From Candidatus Hydrogenedentota bacterium (GTDB lineage: Bacteria > Hydrogenedentota > Hydrogenedentia > Hydrogenedentales > SLHB01): a stretch of DNA of 64,000 nucleotides. Below the pieces are notes generated by a model. That model ran no database searches. It was not told where the DNA came from and saw only the letters and a program-made list of their open reading frames with translations. Shown here one piece after another: positions 10,168 to 20,815 of this stretch. The stretch lies in NCBI GenBank assembly GCA_963745075.1, contig CAVUWV010000036.1, positions 1 through 64,000 on the forward strand, read 5' to 3'. The position numbers and the translations under genes were made by a program. Numbering within the stretch: position 1 is the stretch's first letter; the number at the start of each line of letters is the position of its first letter.

Positions 10168-11377
10168 CTAACGTCTGCGCAGCAATCGTCCGCCGCTCCG
10201 GCGTCGTCCGGTCGGTTTCTTTTTACTTTCGCCCGGCGGGGTGTAAAGGGACAAGACGGGCACGGCCTTTTCCCAGGCGGCACGGGGAAGCCGTTTGGCG
10301 AGGGCCCGTTCGATGGCCTCGAGAGGGAGGTGCTCGTTGGGAGAGACGAAGGTAATCGCGTCGCCTTCGGCTTCGGCGCGGGCGGTGCGGCCGATGCGGT
10401 GAATGTAATCGTCGGCCGTGGGTGGAATGTCGTAGTTGATGACGTGGCTGATGCCTTCCACGTCGAGACCGCGCGCGGCTACATCGGTAGCGACCAGGAT
10501 GCGATACTTGCCTTTGCGAAACCCATCGAGAGCTTGTTCGCGTTGTTTTTGGGAACGGTCGCCGTGAATAGCCGAAGCTTTGAAACCCTGCTTACGCAAC
10601 GTCTGCGCGACCCGCTCGGTTCGCTGTTTGGTTCGCAAGAAAACCAAGGCGGAATGGATATCCTGGGACCGCAGGACGTTCGAGCAACAACTCCGACTTG
10701 TGCTCGGGCATGACGGTGTACAGTAGTTGCCGTACCGCGTCGACGGGCCGAGAAATAGCCCCGACCGTGACCCGTTCGGGATCGTGCATCATCTCCCGCG
10801 TAAGCCGTGAGATTTCATCGGGGAACGTGGCCGAAAACATCATGGTCTGCCGATCGGAAGGCAGTTTGCGGAGAATCTTGCGGATGTCCGGCAGGAATCC
10901 CATATCGAGCATGCGATCCGCTTCGTCCAGCACGAGGATCGAGAGGTCGTCAAAACGGATGTTGCCGCGTCCCATGTGATCGAGGAGGCGGCCCGGTGTC
11001 GCTACCACCACCGCCCGGCCACGCTTCAACGCGCTGGCTTGGCGCTCCAGACTGACGCCACCGTACACGGCCACACTGCGGATCTGGAGGGGCCGCCCCA
11101 CTTCCTCCACCACCTTTTCCACTTGAACGGCCAATTCCCGAGTGGGCACCAACACGAGCATCATGTTCCGGCGCAGTTTCTCGTGAGCTAGCCGCGTCAA
11201 GCTGGGCAGCGTGAAGGCGAGCGTCTTGCCGGTGCCCGTCTGTGCGACGCCGATGACGTCGCGGCCCGTAACCGCGATGGGAATGGACTGTTCCTGGATG
11301 GGCGTCGGCGTGGTGATATTCGATTCGTGTAAGACCCGCAGGCACCGCGGGTCGAGTTCGAACGCGTCAAAAGGCAT
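10168..11377 (-). CDS. DEAD-box RNA helicase (RhlE-like); frameshift near 10681
   Basis: PTPIQ, AQTGTGKT, PTRELA, TPGRL, LDEADRMLDMGF and SAT in one frame; ATDVAARGLD and YIHRIGRTARA in the next. Confidence 0.92.
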
Positions 11378-11632
11378 TTTCGTGGAATCCTCCCAGTGCA
11401 GATGGCGGTTTTCCATCACCGGGATCGTCGCGGGTCGAGAACGCGTGTTTCGTATCGTTCAGGTAAGATGCGGGCGATGTACCCGAAACGCTGTCTCGGC
11501 AAGGTTCCGGTGGGGAAGGCGGTTCGACACGGCCAACCGGTAGGAGCCAACTTGCACGTCGTAGTATAGATCAGATGAGGCGGCGTATCACAACGTCTGC
11601 TTCTGGATGCGATCGACAGTCCCAACCGGCCT

Positions 11633-12031
11633 CTACGGCCACACGATCGCCTCAGGGTCCACATTCAACCAATGGCACGCGTCCTCAAGGCTTCGAAAGA
11701 CCCGCATCCGGTGGGGAAGCTGGTCCCCTCCCAGCAGTTCAAACATGCGGCCCAAACTGAAATAATAGTCCGTCGAGACCACCGCGGCCAGCTTGGGTTT
11801 GCCTTGCGTTACCACGTGCGACCGGACGAGGCCGATGTGCGCCTGGACATCACGCGGGTCCAACTCCGATTTCGCGTTGCGCCGGTCCATCAAGACGTTC
11901 AGACTCGGCTGCTCGGCTTGAAACGACCCGCACTCGCGGATGAGCTGCTCCTCCTCGTCCAACGTCAATGTGCCTTCCACGACGACCAGCAGTAGCTTCC
12001 CTTCCGACTGCAATTGGAAACTGTAGCCCAT
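11633..12031 (-). CDS. Small hypothetical protein, SpoIIAA/STAS-like fold
   Basis: Pattern LLLVVVEGTLT...VLMDRR...KLAAVV...RVFRSLEDACHWL; GAGGG RBS before the ATG at 12031. Confidence 0.55.
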   Translation of the reverse strand: MGYSFQLQSEGKLLLVVVEGTLTLDEEEQLIRECGSFQAEQPSLNVLMDRRNAKSELDPRDVQAHIGLVRSHVVTQGKPKLAAVVSTDYYFSLGRMFELLGGDQLPHRMRVFRSLEDACHWLNVDPEAIVWP

Positions 12032-12261
12032 GGCATCACCCTCGATTCGTCGCGTCGCGTTGGGCCGAAGGTTATCCCGCCGATTGGTTGTGTCGATGGC
12101 GATGTCGTCAACCACCTACGTGTGGACTTCGCCTCGGATTGTCCTTGCGCACGTCGCACGTCGATCGAGTCACCGTCATCCTGAACAGCGCTTAATTCAG
12201 TATAACGCAAAATCGCGTCGATGACGGGATGAACCGACCTCGGCTACGGCGAAGGGCAGGG

Positions 12262-13951
12262 TCAGACCGCGGCTTGCGTAGCAGGGACCTGGCGGCGTAA
12301 GACTTCCTTGGCGACCTTCGCGTGCGTGGCGGGCAAGCTCAGAATACCGACCAAGTCCGTGCCGTCGGACCCGTTGACCACGGGCAGGCGATCCACTTTG
12401 AGGTCTTGCATCTTCGCGATGGCTTCGCCCAGTTGCAGGTCCGGCGACACACAGTCGTCCGCCGGGGTGGTTACATCGCCGACGATAAGCCACTCCCAAG
12501 ACGCCTGGTCGGCCAGGACCTCCTTCAAGTCGCTCAAGGACAACATGCCTTTCAACCGATCGTGGGCATCGACGACGGGAATGGCAACCTCGTCGTACAA
12601 CGCGAAGGCGGTCATGGCCTGACGCAACGATGCGCTTTCCAGAAGGCGGTGCGGGATGGTGCTCATGCCGTCGCGCACGGTCATGCTGTTGATGACGTCT
12701 TCCTCGGTAACATCCCGGCCCGTCTCGTCCGCCATTTTGATCGCCAGCTTGACGAGGGGTGGTCCGAGAATTTGGACAATCATAGTCGTACTTGTGACGA
12801 CGCCGATGACGACGTCGCCCAGCGACAGCCCTTTCGCGATTTCGATGTGCGACAAGTGTTCGCTCGCCATGATGGCTAACCCGATGGCCACTCCGCCTTG
12901 CGCGAGCAGACCGTAGCCCATGTGTTTTTGCAGGGCTGCATCAGCGCCCGTGGCGCGCGCGGCGACGTAAGTGCCGATGAATTTGCCCGCGCTGCGGCCA
13001 ATGACGTAGACGAGCACAACGCCCCACATCCAAACCGGCATGGCGCCGATGGATAAGCGCGCGCCGACAAAGACAAAAAACAGCACGTAGATCGGCACAG
13101 AGAAACTGCGAATCAGTTTGAAGAGATCCTGGCTGCGTTTGGGCGCGAGGTTGACGAGTGAGAATCCCATCATCATCGTAGCGAGGATGACGTCCATCCC
13201 GGAGGCGGCCGCGATGCTGATGACCAGGAGAATCAGACCGAGGGCGAAGGTGAGGGTCCGGTCGGTCTGGTGCCGCCACCGCAGGATGTACGTCAGGATG
13301 AGGGCAAACACGAAGCCGAGCGCCAGGCGAACCGAAAATCTCGATGGACACTTTGCTCAAGTGATGCGCCAACGACGTAGCCTGGTTCGCGAAGATCTCG
13401 GACAGGCTGGTTCCGATGCCGTAGAGCGTCATGGCCAAGGCGTCATCCAACGCTACGATAGCGATGAGCGCCGTGGTCAGGACGCCCCGCGACCGGTACT
13501 CCCACAATACGCTAATCGTGGAAGCGGGATCGGTGGCCGAGGCGATGGCCGCGAAGACGACGCCGGCGGCGAGCGCCGACCGGATATCGTGCAGCGCGTA
13601 GTACATGACAGCCGTGGAAAGAACGCCGACCAATGCGAATGCGGTCAGCCCTTCGCCAAACAGGATGGCCATAAACTGGCCGGCGTATTTCTTGAAGGTG
13701 CTGACGAGCAATTCGCCGCCCACCTGAAAACCGATGATACCGAGAGCAAAGAGGTTAAAAGCCTGGAGTTTCTCGATGTCGCCTTGCGACACCAACTTCA
13801 GGCCCGTTTGTCCGATGAGAATGCCGATGATCAGGTATCCCACCACTTGGGGAATGCGAATGCGTTGAAACAGCCACCCCCCCATCATGCCGCCGAAGAT
13901 TCCTACACCGAATATGAACAGTACACCAAGACTAACCACGGCCTCACTCAT
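12262..13951 (-). CDS. Cation:proton antiporter (CPA family) with a C-terminal CBS pair; frameshift near 13327
   Basis: RIPQVVGYLIIGILIG, ASATDPAST, IVALDDA and LAQGGVAIGLA, many TM helices, and CBS motifs IPVVDAHDRLKGMLS and LPVVNG..LVGILS. Confidence 0.88.
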
Positions 13952-14601
13952 CCTTCCTGGGTAAGCACTTCAAACAACGATTCGGGCGTCGAAACCTCCA
14001 GCAGCGACTTGCGGAAGGACTCGTCCTTAATCCGGCGACTGATGCCGGAAAGAAGCCGCAGGTATTCGCCGTGCTGCTTTTCGCCCGCGGCGATGAGGAA
14101 TACGACGTGCACGGGCTGCGCATCGAGCGTTTCATAATCGGCAATGCCATCCCTGGAGACGCCGACCGCCATGACGATGTCCGTCACCGAGGACAGCCGC
14201 ACGTGGGGAATGGCCACGCCGAGTCCGATCCCCGTGCTCATAAGCGCTTCCCGATGGAATACGGCGTCGGTCAGGGCTTCCGGCTTCTTTACTTCCGAGG
14301 CCGAGTGCATGCATGCGATGAGTTCCCGCAAGGCTTCCGCTTTGGTTGTGCCTTTTAGGAGGAGGACCCGTTCCGGCCGGATAAACTTCTCCAAGGATAA
14401 GGGTGACGTGGTATCCGAGGAATCTCCCTTGCCCAGCCGCTGGTCCACCCACTGCTCCACGTCCTGCCGTTTGAAACGCCAGCTTACGCCCAGTTTCCCG
14501 CCGGGGATGTCGCCCTTTTGGGCCCAGTCATAGACCGTTCGCTCCGAAACGCGCAGAAACTGCGCAACTTCCTCGAGCGTCATGATTTCGTGGTCTGCCA
14601 T
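13948..14601 (-). CDS. Excisionase-like HTH fused to a PTS EIIA (Ntr/fructose-type) domain
   Basis: N-terminus MTLEEVAQFLRVSERTVYDWAQKGDIPG.KLG.SWRF. EIIA motif REALMSTGIGLGVAIPH contains the phospho-His. ATGA overlap with the antiporter gene. Confidence 0.88.
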   Translation of the reverse strand: MADHEIMTLEEVAQFLRVSERTVYDWAQKGDIPGGKLGVSWRFKRQDVEQWVDQRLGKGDSSDTTSPLSLEKFIRPERVLLLKGTTKAEALRELIACMHSASEVKKPEALTDAVFHREALMSTGIGLGVAIPHVRLSSVTDIVMAVGVSRDGIADYETLDAQPVHVVFLIAAGEKQHGEYLRLLSGISRRIKDESFRKSLLEVSTPESLFEVLTQEG

Positions 14602-14839
14602 GAAGAGTTCCTCACTATGTTCGAGACCCTGAGGTCAATCGGGGTTGGAGTTCGGTAGGCGTCCGGAGGTTCTCTTGCGGTCGGCGCGTGGCGTTGGAGG
14701 TTTCGGCCCCTTGGAAAGGTCAGCCGGCACACCACGTCCGGTAAATCACTACCGCAATTCCCCCGTACGTTAAGAAATCCTCCGCTCTCGGATGCATTAG
14801 ATTCGCAATCCAACGTGCTTAAACATCATATTTAACCTC

Positions 14840-14868
14840 AGTATGCCATAATATGGTATAGTTTGCAA
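14840..14868 (-). promoter_or_regulatory. Putative sigma70 promoter for the HTH-EIIA/antiporter operon, with a palindrome in the spacer
   Basis: Minus strand TTGCAA, a 17-bp spacer ending in TGG, then CATACT. Near-perfect inverted repeat TATGCCATA-A-TATGGTATA at 14842-14860 in an AT-rich region. Confidence 0.5.
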
Positions 14869-15233
14869 GAATCTTCATGAATTTTCTAGATTATGGACAA
14901 TTCTATTCCATTTTACGCCTTTTTAGGAGGATTTAGCTATTTTTGCATGATTTTGGCCTCTTCAGGCTGCCTTAGCTTGGTCATGCAACGTGCTATCAAC
15001 CCTCGTTACAATATGACGGTTAAGCATAAACAACTAATATGAAACAACTTACCATCACAAAGGCCCTGCGGCGCGGCATCTTCAGCCGATGCGATGCCTG
15101 ACATGAGAGGCTTGAACAGAGGCACAATGCCCAGTGGGCGTCAGCGGCTCCATCGCAAGGTTTCGTTGCGATTTGGCCGTCTTGCGTCGACTTACAGGTG
15201 AATTTGATAATGGCCAACGGCGAGGAACCCGCT

Positions 15234-18200
15234 ATGAGTACCCCCGATTCGATTCTTCTGGAGCAATGGCAGCGGCAACGTGACGCCGACGCCTTTACGG
15301 AATTGGTGCAGCGCCATTCGGACATGGTTTTTTCCTGCTGCCGGCGCATGCTGGGCGACCGCATCCTGGCGGAAGACATAACTCAGGAATGTTTTCTGGC
15401 GCTTATGCAGAGCGGCGACTCCGTGCGCGTGTCGTTGGGGGCATGGCTCCACACGATGGCGGTCCGGCGGAGCATCGACCGGATCAAAGGCGATGCGCGT
15501 CGGCGTAAGCGCGAGACCACATTTGTGGCGGAACAGCCCGCCGCGCCCGTGCCGGATGTATCGCTTGACGAGATCCTATCGCACGTGGACGAGGCAATCG
15601 CCGAACTGCCGGATGTCTACCGGGCCGCCGTGGTCGGACGCTTCCTGGAGAATCAGGCCCACACGGATCTGGCGCGTGAACTTGGTGTGGCCGAATCCAC
15701 AATCCGATATCGCGTCGACATGGGCGTTGAACGGGTTCGGCAAACCCTCCGGCGCAAACGCGTGATGGTGACTGCTGCAGCACTCATTTCGACGCTGTCG
15801 CGGGGGGTCGAGGCGGCCCCGGCAACTCTCGTTGCGCGTCTGGGCAAGCTGGCCATGTCGGGTTCGGTTGGCGTACCGGGCGTTACGTTCGGGTCCGCGG
15901 CGCTAACCTTGAAAGTTGTGTCCGCGTTCGTAGCGATACTCATGGTCGGAGGAATTGTTTGGTTCGGAATTCAGAATCAGGTACATGAGAAATCAAGTGT
16001 ATGGAGTCCCGCTCCGGGAGACATATCGGAAAACGCAGATATCACCGAGCCTATCCCTGACGCCGCCCAAGCAGGACCTGCAATTCGGCCCTCGGTCCTT
16101 ACTGGTGCTGCCGTTCCGACCGTTTCCTCCAGTCAAGACCAGAAACCGTTTTCCATCCGTGGCCGCATTTACGACGCCAAGACGGGGGCGGGTATCGCGG
16201 GAGTCCGCGCGAATGTGTACCCGGCGGGCGGTGGCGCGTACGTGGGCCGCAGTGAACTGAGCGATGAAAACGGGCGCTATTTCATTCCTCCAATCGGCGA
16301 CGGTATGTATTCCGTTAATCTGGGTGAGATTGAGGGCTATCCCGATCCACGAGGTAGCCGGCACATTTCCGTAACGCTCAAGAACGGCAAGCCTGTCACG
16401 GGGATCGATTTCCCTCTCGAGCCCGGAATCCCCGTATCTGGCATGGTAATCAACGCCGACGGCGAGCCGGTCGCGGATGCGGAGGTCGCGGCGGCAATTG
16501 CCACGACGCCAAACGCCATTCGGACCTCGTCGGATAAGCAGGGGCTATTCAAACTATACATGCCCGAGGTATCGGACCAACTTCGCGTCCAGGCACAAAC
16601 CAACGATGCGGAGAGTAGTGTCGAAGGTACTTTCCCGCTCGCGGAAGACGGGTTGGAGGGTGTGGTATTGATGCTGGATCGGCCGAAAACGGCATCGTTG
16701 AGCGGTGTCGTAATCGACGCGTCGGGCAACGCAATTGCGGGTGCGCAACTCCATCTGGTGCGCAAGGACGGGAGCGTCCTTCACTACGGGACTTCCGGAG
16801 AAGCCGAGAAAGATGGGCGCTTCCACATTACCGGTCTTCCCAGCGCGGAATTTGGCGTTGTCGTAACGCCGAAAGGCGTCAACGGCTACAGCACGGCCGA
16901 GGAGTATCTGCGCATTCACCCTAAGCCCGGCGAGGCGCTGGAAGGAATCGAGATCGTCTACGGCGAGAAAGAGGGTATGGCAATCTCCGGGCACGTCGTT
17001 GACACAAAGGTCAGCCCATCGAACGCGCGCGCGTCGCGTGCTACATGGACCAGGGGATGGAAACCGCCTATACCGGGGCTGACGGCAGCTTTCTGATCAC
17101 CGGCCTTGAGGACAAATTGTGCTCGCTGTCGGTCGAGCACAATCACTATTCGCGAGGCGGGGGACAGTTCCGCGCGGGCACGACCGATGCCGAGATCGTT
17201 CTGAAGGGACGAGGCAGACTTGCCGGTCGCGTGGTGCGGGCCGATTCCGGCGAACCGCTTACGGCGTATACGCTGGCGTACGTCATGGGTGAGGTGCGCG
17301 ATTATGATGCAATCCTTTTTGGTGGCGGACAATCCATTGAGTCCGCGCGACGGGACTTTTTCCATCGGCGAGACACAAGCGGGCCGGTATTACGGTCGCG
17401 GCTTGGGCGCCCGGCTGTGCGCCGGAAGTGCAGTATGTCGACGTGGAAGAAGACAGGGCCACCGACGCGGTGTTTCGCTTGACGGCGGTGCCGCCTTTCA
17501 CGGGAATGGTGGTGAACGAATCGGGGGTGCCTGTCGCGAATGCGACCGTATACTTTGCGACCGGTGTCTCGATAGATCAGATGGACCGCGCCGCGGCGAC
17601 GCATTCTGACGCGCAGGGTCGCTTTGTGGTGGATAGTCTGCCGACGGATGCAAAACACCTGTGTGCCTCGGCTCCGGGTTACGGAGTTGGCGTCATAGCG
17701 CTTCCCGGCGAAAACACGATTATCTTGCCCAAACCCGCACGTGTGACCGGAATCATCCATATCGAAGGGGTTGCCAAGAGCGATTTGTTCATGAATGTTT
17801 ACTACCCCGAAGCGCGATGGTTGCCGGGCACTTACCGCAAACCGGAGCCGGATGGCTCTTTTCGATTCGACGGTTTGTCCGAGGGGCTGCTTAACATCAA
17901 TGTTGTGCCCAATGCTCCGGGCAATCGGAGGTCGGTGACGAAGACGATCAATCTCATGCCCGGCCAGGATGTTCATGTCGATATTATCTTCGATCGTGGC
18001 GCCGCGGTCGTGGAAGGTATGTTAACTGTAGACGGCGTACCCCTTGACAAGGGATATCTCGAATTGAGGCGGGAGGTTGGTGACACAACGGGGTCCATGC
18101 GCTCAACACTAGGAGCGAATGGCAGTTATCGCTTTGACGAAGTGTGGGCCGGGAATCTCGTGCTTCGCGTAACCCGGATCGATACCTCCAATCCGTACGA

Positions 18201-18282
18201 GCCGGTCGTGCACGAAGTCGATCTCTCTGTGGCGGACGGGCAGGTATTGCGCCAGGACATCGAGTTACCGCCAATGCCGTGA
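15234..18282 (+). CDS. Second TM-anchored ECF sigma factor with carboxypeptidase-regulatory-like repeats; three apparent frameshifts (~17009, ~17346, ~17387)
   Basis: DADAFTELVQRH..LAEDITQECFLAL..LGAWLH and a region 4 HTH, then TM VVSAFVAILMVGGIVWF. The repeat domains read on coherently across the frames (GHVVDTK/GQPIERARV, DGTFSIG, ITVAAWAPG). Confidence 0.85.
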
Positions 18283-18283
18283 T

Positions 18284-19270
18284 TCACCGGGGCGGATTCG
18301 CCGTCCACGCGCGGATCATTTCGCCGACTTGTTTGAGCGTCTTCACATCGACGTTCCGCAGGCGCCCGGCGTAGTCCGGACCTACGTCGAGGGAAAACAG
18401 GTTCCCATATTTGGCAGCGCCGATGTAATCGACGAAGATCTTTTCGGCAGGGAGGCAAAGCGCATCGTGCTTGGGTAGCGAGTAAAACCACTGTGCGCCG
18501 CCTTCATGTTCCGGCAGGATAGGATAGGTGAATTCAGCGACGAGATAACCCTTGTACTTACCCTCGCCTTCCTTGTTGTACTTCGATGCATTCACATCTC
18601 CAACCGGCCCGGGCTGGCCCCGTTCACGCAGGGCAAGGCGACCGGCAGGTTGACCGTGATTGAACCCGACAAAACAGTTGGGCTGAAACTGGTGGACCCA
18701 TTCTACAGTCGCTTCGTGATCCAAGCCGCCATCGGACTGTGCGTGGTCCATCCAGAAGAACTCGATGGGGCCGTACTGTGTGCACAACTCTTTCAACTGC
18801 GCCTTCTTCATCTCGGGATTCTTCATGTCCGGCCACGTCCAGTCGCCTTCCGAGAAATACAGCGCCAGTTTCAGTCCGTATTTGTCACAGGACTGTCGCA
18901 GTTTCGCCAGAACGTCGATTCCAAGGGGACTATTGGTGACCTTCCAGTCGGTGGTCTGCGTGTCCCAGAGACAGAACCCGTCGTGATGCTTGGTGAGAAA
19001 AAGGATGTAGTTCATCTCGGCCGCTTTGGCTGCCTCGCACCATTGGTCCGTGTCGCAGCCGGTGGCCTTGAAGAAACTTACGTCTTTTACGCCGCGCGTC
19101 CATTCCTCGCCGGAAAAGGTGCTAAAGGACCAGCATATGAACATACCGAAGCGCAGATCGGAGAGTTCCCGGGCGCGTACTTGTGAATCCATCACGTCCG
19201 CGCGAGCGGCGACGGCCGGCAAAGATACGGCGACGACAATTCCCACCGACACCATGAATATGCGATGCAT
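18284..19270 (-). CDS. Alpha-L-fucosidase (GH29), secreted
   Basis: RFGMFICW, DQWCEAAKAAEMNYILFLTKHHDGFCLWDT, ELCTQYGPIEFFWMD; signal peptide. The start could alternatively be 19303. Confidence 0.88.
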   Translation of the reverse strand: MHRIFMVSVGIVVAVSLPAVAARADVMDSQVRARELSDLRFGMFICWSFSTFSGEEWTRGVKDVSFFKATGCDTDQWCEAAKAAEMNYILFLTKHHDGFCLWDTQTTDWKVTNSPLGIDVLAKLRQSCDKYGLKLALYFSEGDWTWPDMKNPEMKKAQLKELCTQYGPIEFFWMDHAQSDGGLDHEATVEWVHQFQPNCFVGFNHGQPAGRLALRERGQPGPVGDVNASKYNKEGEGKYKGYLVAEFTYPILPEHEGGAQWFYSLPKHDALCLPAEKIFVDYIGAAKYGNLFSLDVGPDYAGRLRNVDVKTLKQVGEMIRAWTANPPR

Positions 19271-19337
19271 CGTGGCGATCCCCCATGGTTGCGCAACAAC
19301 CATTTCACAATTTGGCCGTCACCCCTAATGAACGCTC

Positions 19338-20697
19338 TCATGCGATTTGTTCCACCTCGAATCCGGGACGATACTCGTCCTTCAGCATTTTATCCGCATC
19401 GTCGTCGCCAACAAAGGTTTCGGTTTTTGGGTCGAAGGTCAGCGAGCGGCCAAGACGATAGCTGATGTTCGCGAGGTGGCAATGGGCCGCAGAAATATGG
19501 CCCTGCTCGGCCGTCGCGGGGATATCGGCCTTGTCGCGGCTGCGCACTGCGTTGAGGAACCGGACGTACTGGATGTCCGGCTGCCCTTCTTCCGGGCGTG
19601 GGAAATTCGGGAACCTTCTCGATAAGCTGGTTGCTCTGATCGAAGAATTCGACCTTACCCTCCGCGATGTATCCCCAACCGCCGGAGCCGTAGAACAAGT
19701 TGCCGATAGTAACCGGCCCTTCCCCGTTCGTCGCACGGCCGCGCACTTCAAACTCCAACATGGTGCCGTCGTCGTAGGTGAACGTTGCGGCCAGCGTATT
19801 CGGCGTTTCACCGTCGTCTTTGTACCCGTACCGTCCGCCCGCACCGTAAACCGTGCATGGCAAACCTTTGTGCATTCCCCACACCGCGACATCCATCTGA
19901 TGCACGCCCTGGTTACCAATGTCGCCGTTCCCGTAGGCCCAGAACCAGTGCCAGTTGTAGTGAATGAACAGGCCGCCCACGCCGTCGTCCACGGCGTGCC
20001 AATCGGGGTTGCCAGAGCCCTCCTTGCGGCGCCGATATGGTCGCTCCGGACGCGGTCCCTGCCACATCGAATAGTCGAGAAATTCGGGTGGTTCCGCGGC
20101 CTCGCCAAAGCCGATCGCGTCGCGGTTCTTGTAACACAACGCGCGCGCCAGGTAGAGGTCGCCGATAATGCCTTCACGAATGCGTTTGATCGCCCATTGC
20201 CACGACGGAATGGATCGATCCTGCGTACCATGCTGGACGATCCGATCGGACTTCGCGGTCAACGCGACAAGTTGCCGGCCCTCCCAAATGTTGTGGGAAA
20301 TCGGCTTTTCCACGTACACATCCTTCCCCGCTTGAATCGCCCACATGGCCGCGAGCGTGTGCCAATGGTTCGGCGTCGCAATGCTTGCCACGTCCACGTC
20401 GGGATCGGCAAACGCGTCGCGCATGTCCGTATAGGTTTTGGGACGTTTGCCGGTGTGCTCTTCGATCTGATCGGCGCGAACGCCCAACACGTGATGATCC
20501 ACATCACACAACGCCACCACGTCCGATTCTGAACTGGTGAGAAAGTTCCGAATATGATTCCCCCCGCGCCCGTGCACGCCGACACAGCACACGCCAATGC
20601 GATCGTTCGCGCCGAATACGGAGGACTGCGTCATGAATCCGGCTGCCACGGCGGCGCCTGCCGAGGTTCCCAGGAATTGTCTACGCGTGAATGGCAT
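19338..20697 (-). CDS. Tat-exported Gfo/Idh/MocA oxidoreductase; frameshift near 19592
   Basis: TRRQFL Tat motif, IATPNHWH, GKDVYVEKP, GNQGVHQMD. The C-terminus HLANISYRLGRSLTFDP is in a shifted frame. Confidence 0.9.
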
Positions 20698-20711
20698 TGG
20701 TTGTTCTCCCG

Positions 20712-20747
20712 ATGGACGGAATGGACGATATGGACCGTATGGACGAA
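20712..20747 (+). repeat. 4 x 9-bp tandem repeat ATGGACNNN
   Basis: ATGGACGGA ATGGACGAT ATGGACCGT ATGGACGAA, intergenic. Confidence 0.75.
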
Positions 20748-20815
20748 GGCCTGTTAGCGGCCTGTGAATTTTTGCGGGTTAATTCGATGCAAGTCAGTAT
20801 AAGAGGCACCCGGCC

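Noticed and set aside
10660..10700. Programmed ribosomal frameshifting in the split genes
   Set aside because: There are no slippery heptamers at the breakpoints and the affected families are not known to be recoded. Sequencing indels are the simpler explanation.
14602..14833. c-di-AMP (ydaO) or Na+/Li+ riboswitch assignment
   Set aside because: There is only a vague GTACGGGGGAA similarity and I did not find the other conserved blocks. It is kept only as an unassigned leader.
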